Assembly (NCBI GenBank): GCA_965215505.1
Contig: OZ244065.1
Span: 4,192,001 to 4,256,000 of the forward strand
Origin: Capsulimonadaceae bacterium
GTDB taxonomy: Bacteria; Armatimonadota; Armatimonadia; Armatimonadales; Capsulimonadaceae
Direction: 5' to 3'
DNA length: 64,000 bases
Made by a program: the position numbers and the translations under genes. Below are positions 10,290 to 20,568 of this stretch, piece after piece. Positions within the stretch are counted from its first letter, which is position 1. Each line of letters starts with the position of its first letter. The notes beneath the pieces were generated by a model. The model searched no databases and was not told the origin of the DNA. It saw only the letters and a list, made by a program, of their open reading frames with translations.

Positions 10290-11309
10290 ATGCCGCGCAA
10301 TAAGAACGAATCTCCGAATATGAAACGTCCGCGAAGGGTGACTATGGAAGACATCGCCAAAGTCGCGGGCGTCAACAAGATGACGGTGTCGGACGCGTTG
10401 AACGGCACACGGAGCGTCGCACCGACAACTCGTGAAAAAATTCAGCACATTGCGAAAGAGTTGAATTACATCCCAAACTTTGCGGCGAGAGCTCTTTCCA
10501 AGGGGCGGACGGGAATCATCGCCATCATCAGCGGTCCCATGAATGAGCCCTACTATGCGACCATGGTTCATCTGCTGGAAAGGCACATCAACGCCGATGG
10601 ATTTCATTTGATGTTGATGCGCACGCCTAGCGAAGTCCATGATTTGGTTTGCGCCACGGGGGACGTTGCGGTCGACGGCGCGATTGCCGTTGATATGTCG
10701 GGCCTCGTGGACGAGTTTCGGTCACATCCCACCATTCCCTGCGTTGCAATCGGCACGTTCAAGCGTTCGTTCGTGGACTATGTTATCGTTGACCTGACGA
10801 CCGGCGTGACGGAGGCCCTCCATCTCATGCTGGCCGCCGGGCGCCGGCGGATCGCCTACCTCGTCTCTTCCGGCCATTTGGCGGACGAGACGGAAGTCCG
10901 GGCGGGCGCCTATCTGTCCACGATGAGGAAGGCCAATCAGGCCCCTGAAATCATCAATGTCAATACCGATGATCTTGAGTCAACCGAAGAGAAATTTAAA
11001 GCCTACCTGGTTCAGAAGGGGTGTCCCGACGGATTGCTCTGTCAAAACGATCAGACGGCGATGTGCGCCTTTCGAGCGCTCAAGGATCTAGGTTACAGCG
11101 TGCCGGAGGATTTGCTCTTGGTGGGGTGCGACGGGCAGTTGCACATGAGGTATTTCGACCCGCCGTTGAGTACAATTGTGCAGCCGATGGAAGAGATGTG
11201 CGCCCAGGCGTGGCAGTTTCTGCGACAGCGAATGGCTCATCCCGGTTCGCCGCATCAGGGAGCGTCTTTCCAGGGGGCATTGGTGGTCAGGCAGTCGCTG
11301 CTCGCCTGA
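10290..11309 (+). CDS. LacI-family transcriptional regulator
   Basis: HTH VTMEDIAKVAGVNKMTVSDALN, hinge YIPNFAARAL and C-terminal PPLSTIVQP. Start placed at ATG 10290 (uncertain). Confidence 0.92.
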   Translation: MPRNKNESPNMKRPRRVTMEDIAKVAGVNKMTVSDALNGTRSVAPTTREKIQHIAKELNYIPNFAARALSKGRTGIIAIISGPMNEPYYATMVHLLERHINADGFHLMLMRTPSEVHDLVCATGDVAVDGAIAVDMSGLVDEFRSHPTIPCVAIGTFKRSFVDYVIVDLTTGVTEALHLMLAAGRRRIAYLVSSGHLADETEVRAGAYLSTMRKANQAPEIINVNTDDLESTEEKFKAYLVQKGCPDGLLCQNDQTAMCAFRALKDLGYSVPEDLLLVGCDGQLHMRYFDPPLSTIVQPMEEMCAQAWQFLRQRMAHPGSPHQGASFQGALVVRQSLLA

Positions 11310-11349
11310 TTCTCCGAAAAATGATGCGCCGAAAAAGCCCGGCGCAATG

Positions 11350-11378
11350 TTGACAAAGAGAAAGGTGAGGGGTACACT
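11350..11378 (+). promoter_or_regulatory. Sigma70-type promoter upstream of the GH38/GH92 operon
   Basis: TTGACA (11350-11355), 17-bp spacer, TACACT (11373-11378). Confidence 0.7.
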
Positions 11379-11386
11379 GCAAATGC

Positions 11387-11400
11387 CCATACCGGTATGG
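11387..11400. promoter_or_regulatory. Candidate LacI-family operator
   Basis: Perfect 14-bp palindrome CCATACCGGTATGG with central CG, just downstream of the -10 box and next to a LacI gene. Confidence 0.6.
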
Positions 11401-11838
11401 TGAACGGTCGCCCCCGCTGCATACGCTGCATGTCAGGACCCGGAGGCGCCAGTCAAAAACCAACCTTTGTGACGCTTCTAGACCCGACCGTGCCCTAAGT
11501 GACACACCAAATCGCATTCGAAGCGCGGCTTGCACTGGCTTGCGCTTTCGGACGGCGGCGCGGGCCTCAGTCGCCAATGGGTGGCCGACCACGCGATCCA
11601 TGCCGTCAAAGGAAAGTCCGTTTCCGGCGCCTTCATCCTGCGCGCCTTCAGTGCGTCCGGTGTGACTGCCGCCGCACTGAAGTAAACGATGTCATGCAGA
11701 GACCCCCGTCTTACAGGACGCACAGGGGCCGTCTAGGGACTTTTCTGTAACATCCACCCCCGAGTGATCGGCGTGAAGTGTCACCAGTCCTGCACTTTCG
11801 CAGTCTCCACTTTGAAAAGGTTGTTCCTCGTGAAATCT

Positions 11839-14800
11839 ATGCAAGAATTAGAAACCCCAGAGAAAATTCCAGCAGTGCCTGCTGCTGAGAAAAAACTGAC
11901 GCGGCGGGCTTTTGTTAAGGGCGCGCTGGTCGTTGCGAGCGGAGCCGGGCTGGGATTGACGCCGTTTCGGCTGCCCGGTGCAGAAGCACAGGCAGACATT
12001 ACCGGCAGCACGGAAAAGCCGACGCTGTACATGATTGCCACGGCGCACAACGACACGCAGTGGAACTGGACGGTTCAGCATACCATCGCCCACTGCATTC
12101 CAGACACGATGCGGCCTAACTGGCGATTATTCGAGAAGTATCCAGCCTACACCTTTAATTATGAAGGCGTGATCCACTACATGTGGTTCAAAGAATATCA
12201 CCCCGAAGACTGGGCCGAGCTTCAAAGTTGGGTCAAAAAAGGACGCTGGAAACTGTCCGGGTCGTGGATCAACGCTGTGGATGTCATTGTTCCAAGCCCC
12301 GAGTCCTTGTTCCGGCAGGCACTCTACGGCCAGCAGTTCTTTCGGCGAGAGTTCGGCCGCGTCAGCCGCGACATCTACCTGCCGGATTGTTTCGGTTTTC
12401 CCTATTCGCTGCCTTCCATAGGACGCCATTCGGGACTGCAATCATTTTCCACCCAAAAGTTCGCCCTCTGGGGCGGTTGGTTCCCCGCCCCGTTCTCCGT
12501 GGGACGCTGGGAGGGACCGGACGGGGCCGAACTTGTGACTGCCCTGCGCCCCGGCGGCTACGGCGCCCGACTCCGCTCGGACGTCGCCCTGGACCCTGCC
12601 TGGAATGGCGACATGGCGGATGCGGGCGGCAAAAAAGTCAACATGCGCTACTTCGGCACCGGCGACCAGGGGGGGACGCCGGGCGAGGAGTCGGTTTCTT
12701 GGCTGCAGAAGTCGGTGGATGATGCCACCGCCCCGGTGCGCGTCGTCAGCACCAGTGCGGACCAACTCGCGAAGGACCTGACGCCCGCCCAGGCCGCCGC
12801 CCTGCCCCGCTACAAGGGCGAGTTGACCATGACGCGGCACGGGGTAGGCGGCTACACTTCGCAGGCCGCCCACAAAAAGTGGAACCGAATGAATGAGCAG
12901 ATGGCCGATGCCGCTGAGCGCGCCTCGCTTGCGGCGGCCTGGCTCGGCGGGCCGGCTTACCCGCAGGAAACACTGAACACGGTTTGGATCCGAACGCTCT
13001 GGCATCAGTTCCACGATGAACTGCCGGGGACATGTGTCCCGCAGGCTTACACGTTTGTCTGGAACGACGACCTGCTGAGCCTCAATCAACTGTCCCAGAT
13101 CGTGACGACGGGAGTGGGAGCCGTCGCGCAGCATTTGGAGACACAGGTCGAGGGCGTTCCGCTGGTTATCTACAACCCGCTTGACCAGCCGCGCACGGAT
13201 GCCGTCGAGGCGACCGTGACACTGGCTGGGGCGGCTCCCAATATCCGCGTTTTTGATACGGCTACGAAGGACGAGGTCCCGAGCCAAATTCTATCTCGTG
13301 ATGGTTTGAGCGTCAAAATCGTCTTCATTGCTCATGCGCCGGCGGTCGGCTGCCGCGTTTACGAGGTGCGTCCTTCGCCGGTCCCTTGTCGCCTGAAGAC
13401 CGGCCTCAGCGCGGCCGCGCAGACGCTGGAAAGCCGCCGCTACAAAGTCGCTGTCAATCCCACAGGCGATATCAGCAGCGTGTACGACAAGGAGGCGAAG
13501 ACGGAGCTTCTCAGCGGCCCCAGCCGACTCGAGCAGTTCCACGACCGCTCACGGGACTGGCCCGCCTGGGAGATCTTGTGGGAGACCGTGCATAACCCGC
13601 CGCTCGGCGTTGTCGAAGGGGACCCGAATATCCGCATCACGGAGCATGGTCCCGCCCGGGTCGCGCTGGAAGTGACGCGCACTTCCGGCGAGACAACCTG
13701 GATCCAGCACATCCGCCTGACACCGGAGGGCGACTGGGTGGAAGTGAAAAACGATGTTGACTGGCAGACGCCGGGCACACTGGTCAAAGCGACATTCCCG
13801 ATGACGGCCAAAAACCCCACGGCGACTTATGATCTGGGCCTGGGCACCATCGAGCGGCCCAATGCCGAGCCGCACCGATACGAGGTCAATGCCCAGCAGT
13901 GGGCGGACCTGACCGACACCGGGGGCCGTCACGGGATGGCCGTACTCACCAGGTACAAGTACGGATGGGATAAGCCGACGGACAACATCCTGCGCCTCTC
14001 GCTGATTCGGACTCCTGACGGGAGTGGCAGCGGCTACCCGTGGCAGAACACCAATGACATCGGACGACACCACTTCGAGTACGCCCTCGCTGGTCATGCC
14101 GGGGACTGGCGGAAGGGAAAGGTCGTCCAGTCTGCGGCCCGCTTCAATCAGCCTCTGCAGTGTTTCCAAACAGTGAAACACAATGGGGCCGGGGGGCATG
14201 AGTTTTCGCTGCTGCGTGTCAGCACGGATCAGATTGCGGTGCGTGCGCTGAAAAAAGCCGAAGATAGCACGGAATGGGTCGTTCGCCTGCAGGAATTGCA
14301 CGGGCAGGATATACGAGGCGCATCGGTCGCATTCGCGGCCCCCATCGTCAGCGTCCGTGAGATCAACGCCGCCGAGGAAGCGGTCGGACCTTTCTCGGCT
14401 CATCACGGGGAGCTGGTCGTGGATCTGACGGCTTACCAGCCGCGCTCCTTCGCGGTCACATTGGCTGCCGCCCCGCACAAGATCGCACCCCCTGTCAGCA
14501 CACCAGTGGCGCTGCCCTTCAATCTGGCAGGCGTCTCGTCCCACGCCGATCTTGCCGGCGGCGCGTTCGACAGCGCGGGGGGAAGCTACCCCGCGGAACT
14601 GTGGCCGGAGACAGTGTCGTCCGACGGCAAAGACTTCAAATTGGGCGGCGTTGCGCCGGGCGCCAAAAATATGGTCGAATGCTCGGGTCAGACAATCGCG
14701 CTGCCGGACGGAGATGGCAAACGGTTGTATCTGTTGGCGGCATCGGCCCACGGCGACCAGGACGGCGTCTTCACGGTCGAGGCCGGGGCGGGCACAGCGT

Positions 14801-15816
14801 ACAAAACAGCCCTCCAAGTGCAGGACTGGCAGGCGCTCGTCGGCCAGTGGTACAGCCGTGTGATCTCCAATGATCCTGCCGATACGGCCCAGTTTGGACC
14901 AGGCACCGGTTACCCGAACCCGAACTGGAGCGGGGATCTGGTGTTGGCGAACATGGCAGTGAAAAACATCAGGGGTGGCCGGGTCCACAATATTGAAAAG
15001 ATGACCCCTGGCTTCATCAAGCGCGACCCGGTGGCCTGGATCGGCACCCACCGGCATACGCCGGAAGGGGATCTGCCCTACTGCTTCTGCTACCTGTTCC
15101 AGTACACGGTTGACCTTCCCGCCGGAGCAATGAGCGTGACGCTGCCGAGCAATCCGAACATCCGCGTCATGGCAATGACTGTTGTCCGAGACGGTGTGGA
15201 TGCTATCCGGCCCGCCGGTGTCCTCTACGAACCCGACGCATTTCCTCCCATCGTGCCGCGCACCCCTGCGCCTACCGTCGCACATCTCGCCCCCGGCACG
15301 GTGGTCTTCCAGGTGCCTGGCATACAGACGTTTGACGGCACGCAGCCTGGCCTCGTCAAGAACAATCTCGCCGGCATCCCCTCCCAAGGGGACAGCCCGT
15401 GGACGATCAACCAATTCGTGTATTTGGACAAGCAGCCGGAAGAACTGACGGCCATCAGCGGCTTGGGGGATGGGGCGGATGAGGCGGGTCAGGAGCGGTT
15501 CCTGATCAAATACAAAGACGGCATCAGTTTCTGGGGGAGCCACGTTGATGTCGCGAGCGGCATACCGTTTGATCTGAACACGTGGCAGATGATTACGCTG
15601 GCGTTCGACGGCAGAACGCTGACGCTCTACAAAAACGGCGAGGTCATCAAGACTGCCTCCATCTCGCTCGACGACGCCGACGGCCAAGTCCGAATCGGCA
15701 TGCCCGGTCCCTGGAATTCCAATCGCTTCATGGGCAAGATCTCCGGCTTTGCGATCTGGAACTCCGCCCTCTCCGCCGCCGCGGTCAAAGCCCTCTTGGC
15801 TGAGACGCCGAAGTGA
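11839..15816 (+). CDS. Tat-exported GH38 alpha-mannosidase with C-terminal LamG-like domain
   Basis: TRRAFV signal; AHNDTQWNW, YLPDCFGF and QFHDELPGT motifs. C-terminal WQMITLAFDG..LYKNG...F.G.I....IWNSALS is a LamG pattern. Confidence 0.9.
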   Translation: MQELETPEKIPAVPAAEKKLTRRAFVKGALVVASGAGLGLTPFRLPGAEAQADITGSTEKPTLYMIATAHNDTQWNWTVQHTIAHCIPDTMRPNWRLFEKYPAYTFNYEGVIHYMWFKEYHPEDWAELQSWVKKGRWKLSGSWINAVDVIVPSPESLFRQALYGQQFFRREFGRVSRDIYLPDCFGFPYSLPSIGRHSGLQSFSTQKFALWGGWFPAPFSVGRWEGPDGAELVTALRPGGYGARLRSDVALDPAWNGDMADAGGKKVNMRYFGTGDQGGTPGEESVSWLQKSVDDATAPVRVVSTSADQLAKDLTPAQAAALPRYKGELTMTRHGVGGYTSQAAHKKWNRMNEQMADAAERASLAAAWLGGPAYPQETLNTVWIRTLWHQFHDELPGTCVPQAYTFVWNDDLLSLNQLSQIVTTGVGAVAQHLETQVEGVPLVIYNPLDQPRTDAVEATVTLAGAAPNIRVFDTATKDEVPSQILSRDGLSVKIVFIAHAPAVGCRVYEVRPSPVPCRLKTGLSAAAQTLESRRYKVAVNPTGDISSVYDKEAKTELLSGPSRLEQFHDRSRDWPAWEILWETVHNPPLGVVEGDPNIRITEHGPARVALEVTRTSGETTWIQHIRLTPEGDWVEVKNDVDWQTPGTLVKATFPMTAKNPTATYDLGLGTIERPNAEPHRYEVNAQQWADLTDTGGRHGMAVLTRYKYGWDKPTDNILRLSLIRTPDGSGSGYPWQNTNDIGRHHFEYALAGHAGDWRKGKVVQSAARFNQPLQCFQTVKHNGAGGHEFSLLRVSTDQIAVRALKKAEDSTEWVVRLQELHGQDIRGASVAFAAPIVSVREINAAEEAVGPFSAHHGELVVDLTAYQPRSFAVTLAAAPHKIAPPVSTPVALPFNLAGVSSHADLAGGAFDSAGGSYPAELWPETVSSDGKDFKLGGVAPGAKNMVECSGQTIALPDGDGKRLYLLAASAHGDQDGVFTVEAGAGTAYKTALQVQDWQALVGQWYSRVISNDPADTAQFGPGTGYPNPNWSGDLVLANMAVKNIRGGRVHNIEKMTPGFIKRDPVAWIGTHRHTPEGDLPYCFCYLFQYTVDLPAGAMSVTLPSNPNIRVMAMTVVRDGVDAIRPAGVLYEPDAFPPIVPRTPAPTVAHLAPGTVVFQVPGIQTFDGTQPGLVKNNLAGIPSQGDSPWTINQFVYLDKQPEELTAISGLGDGADEAGQERFLIKYKDGISFWGSHVDVASGIPFDLNTWQMITLAFDGRTLTLYKNGEVIKTASISLDDADGQVRIGMPGPWNSNRFMGKISGFAIWNSALSAAAVKALLAETPK

Positions 15817-15880
15817 GTCGGGCGCGATCCAGGCTTCGGCCTTTCAGATACTTTCGCCACCAAGGGAGGCGACAAGAACG

Positions 15881-18056
15881 GTGACACGGTTCAACGTCCC
15901 GGCCGGAAAACGTTGCCCGATGCCGGCGATGTCGCTGCTCGTCAGTCTGCCCGGCGTGGCCCAAGCGCGCACGCCGTCGCACGCGGAAAGGCAACCCATG
16001 GACTACGTCAATCCGCTCCTGGGCACAGCCACGTTGTGGGACAAGGCGGACTTAGGCTACACGCCGACGCGCCGGGCCTGGGGCGCGGAGGTCTTCCCCG
16101 GCTCGTCGCTCCCCAACGCGATGGTACAACTCACCCCGGTGACGAAGTTTCACAGCGGCTCCGGCTATCAGTATGAAGATAAGGTCATCCAGGGCTTCGC
16201 CCACACCAGCAAGGGACACTGGAACCTGTGCAACATCCCCCTGATGCCGGCGACCGGGACCATCACGCCGGACGACTTCAGCTCTGCCTTCAGTCACAAA
16301 AACGAGACCGCCCATCCGGGCTATTACCAGGTCTACCTGGAGCGGTACGGCACCAACGCCGAACTCACCTCCACCTTACGCTGCGGGTTCCATAAATACA
16401 CGTTCAAGACCGGGCAGGACGAGAAGCTGATCGCCGACCTTGCCACGTCCAACGAAAGGGTGAGGCGCTGGGACATCCACCAGGACGGCGCGAATGTCTT
16501 CAGCGGCTTCCAGCAAACCGGCGAGACCATGTACTTCTATGCCGTCTCCAACCAGCAAATCCAGGGCATAGAGAGGCTGAAGAGGGGCACCAAAGAAATC
16601 TCCGTCGTCAGTTTTGCGGCCTCTCCGAAGCCCCTGGAGTTGCAGATCGGCTTCTCGTTCGTCAGCGTCGCCAATGCAAAAGACAACCTGACGAAAGAGA
16701 TGCTGGGGAAGAGCTTCTCCCAGGTGCGGAACGAGGCGGCGCAGACCTGGCAAGCGTTGTTGTCGAAGATCAAGGTCTCGGGCGGCACGGACCGCCAGCG
16801 GGGGATCTTCTATTCCTGCCTGTACCGTTCGTTCCTCTGGCCCGCCCTGCGGAGCGACCAGAACGGCGACTTCGTGGATGACAGCGGGAAAGTCGTCAAC
16901 AAGGGGTTCCGCTATTACACGCTCCCTTCCCTGTGGGACGACTACCGCAACAAACTGGTCTTGCTGGGGATGCTGTCGCCATCCGTCAGCGTGGACGTGA
17001 TCAAGTCCCTGATTGACAGGGGCGACATCAGCGGCTTCATCCCCACCTTTTTTCCACGGCGACCACGCCGCGCCCTACATCGCCGGGACGTATCTCAGAG
17101 GGATCCGGGGCTACGACGTCAACAGCGCTTACCGCCTGCTCCTCCGGAACGCGACCGTCGAGGGCGGGACCCGGCCCTACATCACCGAATACGCGCAGAA
17201 GGGCTACATCTCCGAACCCGATCTGGCGCATCCTGTCCTGGAAACGAAGGCCAAGGCCGCGGTGACGAAGACGCTCGAATACGCTTACGACGATTACGCC
17301 GTCGCCCGGCTGGCCAAGGCGCTGGGCGACACGGACAGCTACGCAATGCTGATGAAGAGGACGAGCAACTACAAAAACGTGTTCGATCCCTCCACCGAGT
17401 TCATGCGGGGGCGCCTGGCGGACGGGTCGTGGGTCAAGAACTTCGACCCCGAGCAGCCTTTCTACGAATACATGTACCGCGAGGCCAACGCCTGGCAGTC
17501 TTCGTTCTTCGCCCCGCACGACGTCCTGGGCTTGATCGGCCTGTACAAGAGCCGGGACGATTTCGAGAACAAACTGGACCAGTTCTTCACGATCCCCTGG
17601 AACGGCGTCGAGGCCGACAACCTGACGGGCTTCATCGGCCAATACTGTCAGGGGAATCAGCCCGACCACAGCGTCCCCTTCATGTACTACTTCGTCGGCA
17701 AGCAGGAAAAGTCCCAGGCTCTGCTGGACACCATCATGGACCGCTTTTATGACATGGGCAAAGACAAGCTGGCCTACGCCGGCATGGACGATGCGGGCGA
17801 GATGTCCTCCTGGTATGTGTTCAATGCCATCGGCCTCTATCCGTTCTCCCCGGCGGACGAGGATTACATCCTCTCCGTGCCGCTTTTCGACAGAGTGCAG
17901 CTCTCTCTCGGCGACAAGGTCACTTGCACGATTGTCAGGAAGCATCCCGGCGATAAAATCACGCAGATCACCTATGACCACCGAAAAGTGGACGGTTATT
18001 TCATCTCGCATCACGAACTGCTGTGGGGGAAGGAACTGGACATTACCGCCCGGTAG
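15881..18056 (+). pseudogene. GH92 alpha-1,2-mannosidase, frameshifted (one extra T in the T6 run at 17048-17053; may be a sequencing artefact)
   Basis: The N-half (YVNPLLGT, VFPGSSLPNAMVQLTP, SLWDDYR) ends IPTFF. The C-half continues in another frame as HGDHAAPY...TLEYAYDD...YREANAWQ...QGNQPDH...GMDDAGEMSSWYV. GTG start follows an AGGGAGG RBS. Confidence 0.85.
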
Positions 18057-18195
18057 CGTGGTCAACGGCAGCCCGATCCCGGCGGCATCTCGGCGACGCC
18101 GCCAGCACGGCTGAAGTACGGACACCGCGGACGGGCAGGGGTCTGGGGCGGACACGGCGAACAAATCCTGCAATTCTGTCATCGAGGGCACTCCA

Positions 18196-18870
18196 ATGAC
18201 GACACTGACCAATGAACAGATGCGCCATTACGAAGAACAGGGCTATGTCCTGGTCTCCGGCCTGGTTCCCGAACCGCTCGCGCAGGAGGCCGCCGCCGCT
18301 CTGTGGCGGCTGCTGGACGCCGACCCGGCCCGGCCCGACACCTGGGCCGCCATCTCCGGGGCGCACCAGACCTACCCCGACCCGGCGCTGCTGGCCTGCT
18401 ACACGCCCGCCCTGCTCGCCGCCGCCGCCGAAATCGCCGACGACCCCGTCGAAACGATCACGGTTCCTGACAGAGCCTACACGATCAACGTCTTCCCCCG
18501 GCCCGGCGCCGTCTGGGAGTGGCCGCACCCGCACATCGACCACGCGATCCGCGCAGACGGCTATCACGTCTTCCCACGGGCCTTCCGGGTCGCCGGGATG
18601 ACGTTCCTCAACGACGTCCCGCCGCACGGCGCGGGGACGGTCCTCTGGCCCGGCTCCCACCGGAAGTTGGCGGACTTGGCCCGCAGCGACCCGGAGCGTT
18701 ACGAGATGATGTGGGCGCTCAACAAGGACCTGGGCCGCGTGGACCTGGGCGAGCCGGTGGAGCTCACGCCCCGCTGCGGCGACGTGCTGCTCTACCACTA
18801 CCTCTGCGCCCACGCCGGCAGCAGCAACACCAGTTCCCAGCCCCGCCTGGCCCTCAACATCAAGTGGTGA
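18196..18870 (+). CDS. Phytanoyl-CoA dioxygenase (PhyH)-family Fe(II)/2OG dioxygenase
   Basis: LT.EQ...Y.EQGY start, HxD (HID), GT.LWPGSH, GDVLL.H...H and terminal R.AL. Confidence 0.85.
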   Translation: MTTLTNEQMRHYEEQGYVLVSGLVPEPLAQEAAAALWRLLDADPARPDTWAAISGAHQTYPDPALLACYTPALLAAAAEIADDPVETITVPDRAYTINVFPRPGAVWEWPHPHIDHAIRADGYHVFPRAFRVAGMTFLNDVPPHGAGTVLWPGSHRKLADLARSDPERYEMMWALNKDLGRVDLGEPVELTPRCGDVLLYHYLCAHAGSSNTSSQPRLALNIKW

Positions 18871-18872
18871 TC

Positions 18873-19670
18873 ATGACGGCACAGCAGATTGTTGATCGCA
18901 TCAAAGATCAGTTCGGCGCGGACTGGCAGGAGGCGTCCCGCGACGGCTTCAGCGCCGGTCTGCCGGAGACGCCCGTCACCGGCATCGTCACGTCCTACAC
19001 TCCCTCGCTGGAAGTGCTGAGGCGAGCCGTGGTCGCCGGAAAGAACATGGTCATCACCCAGCAGCCGGGGTTCTATCAGGAGGACCGGGACTGTCTCAAG
19101 AACGACCCGGCCTATCTCGTCAAGCGGGACTTTATTGACAAAAACGCCCTGGTCCTCTGGCGGTTCCGCGACAACTGGAACGCCAGGAAAGGGAACGGCC
19201 AGGCGCGTGGGCTGGCCCACGCGCTCGGCTGGGACGCCTCCGCCGGGCGCGACCCCGGCGCGGACAGGGAGCATCGCTGTTTCCGCCTCCCGGAACGGTC
19301 TCTCGGCGAGTGGGTCACCGAAATCAAGGACAGGCTGGGCGTTCGGGCGCTTCGGGTGATCGGCGACCCGCAGACAAAAATCAGCAAGGCGTCTTTGTCG
19401 CACGGGATGTTCCAGTTCTCCGAACTGCGGGAAATCCTGAAAGACCCGGACGTCACCTTGATCGTGATCGCGGAGGCCATCGAGTGGGAAAGCTGCGAGT
19501 ATTTCCGCGACTTGCTGACGTGGCGCGGGGCAGACAAAGCCATGATCCTTCTAGGACGGGAAGCTTCGGAAGACCCCGGCTACCGCGAGGCCGCGTCTTG
19601 GCTGCGGACCTTCCTACCCGAAGTCGCCATCGAGTGGATCCCCGCCGGAGAACCCTTTTGGATACCCTGA
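18873..19670 (+). CDS. Nif3-like (NIF3/YbgI) protein, degenerate metal ligands
   Basis: DGFSAG.PETPVTGIVTS...NMVIT, WES.EY.RD and C-terminal IPAGEPFW. The His ligands are replaced. Confidence 0.75.
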   Translation: MTAQQIVDRIKDQFGADWQEASRDGFSAGLPETPVTGIVTSYTPSLEVLRRAVVAGKNMVITQQPGFYQEDRDCLKNDPAYLVKRDFIDKNALVLWRFRDNWNARKGNGQARGLAHALGWDASAGRDPGADREHRCFRLPERSLGEWVTEIKDRLGVRALRVIGDPQTKISKASLSHGMFQFSELREILKDPDVTLIVIAEAIEWESCEYFRDLLTWRGADKAMILLGREASEDPGYREAASWLRTFLPEVAIEWIPAGEPFWIP

Positions 19671-19672
19671 CC

Positions 19673-20494
19673 ATGACCACTTCAGAACGCGGACGTTCAG
19701 AGCGCGGCCGGATCGCCGCCGGGGAAATAATCGCGCGGATCCAGAACGCGGTCGGCGTCCCCTGGCGGGAGCCGACCGTGGATACGATCAAAGGTGGCAG
19801 CGCCGACACCGTCGTCACGGGGATCGCGACGACGTTCCTGGCAACGCTGGACGTCCTCCAGAAGACTGCCCAAGCGGGCGGGAACTTCGTCGTCACGCAC
19901 GAGCCGACGTTTTGGAACAATTTGGACCGGGACGACGGGCTGACGGAGGATGCTTTGTATCGCCATAAACGCGACTTCATCCGTGATCACGCTCTGGTCG
20001 TCTGGAGGTTTCACGACCACTGGCACGCCCGCCGGCCGGACGGCATCTGGGAGGGATTCCACCGGGAGCTTGGCTGGGATCAATACCCGTTTGACGAGTC
20101 TCGCGGCGTGTTTGAACTCCCCCGGACCGTGACGCTGGAAGCCTTCGCGCGGGGCGTCAAAGACCGGCTGCAAAGCGACAGCGTCCGCGTCGTCGGGAAC
20201 CCCCGGCTGCCAGTAAACACGGTCCGCCGAGGCTCCAACAAGCTGTCCGGGAGCGTCGCCCTTCTTCCTAGCGCGGACGCCTTCGTCATCATGGAGGCCG
20301 ACCGCGAGAACGATCTGGTAGAGTGGTGCCGGGATGCGGCGCTTTCGGGCCAGGAAAAAGGGTTCGTTTTTATTTCCCACAACCGGGCCGAAGAGTCGGG
20401 GATGGAGAACTGTGCAAAATGGCTCCGCACATTCATTCCCGAAGTGCCTGTGGAGTTTATCCCGTCCGGCGACCCGTTCTGGCGAACGACCTGA
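19673..20494 (+). CDS. Nif3-like dinuclear metal-centre protein
   Basis: DTIKGG...VTGIATT, VTHEPTFW, WRFHDHWH, SHNRAEESGM and IPSGDPFW. Confidence 0.82.
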   Translation: MTTSERGRSERGRIAAGEIIARIQNAVGVPWREPTVDTIKGGSADTVVTGIATTFLATLDVLQKTAQAGGNFVVTHEPTFWNNLDRDDGLTEDALYRHKRDFIRDHALVVWRFHDHWHARRPDGIWEGFHRELGWDQYPFDESRGVFELPRTVTLEAFARGVKDRLQSDSVRVVGNPRLPVNTVRRGSNKLSGSVALLPSADAFVIMEADRENDLVEWCRDAALSGQEKGFVFISHNRAEESGMENCAKWLRTFIPEVPVEFIPSGDPFWRTT

Positions 20495-20568
20495 TGCGTC
20501 TTGAAGCCAGGCAGATTAGGCCGGCGATTTTAACCGCCGGCTGAAGTTTAGAGACACAAAGGAACACG

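Noticed and set aside
13549-15687. Long antisense ORFs (e.g. 712 aa here, 717 aa at 20548-22701, 539 aa at 7868-9487)
   Set aside because: Shadow frames of high-GC coding genes on the opposite strand, with no motifs.
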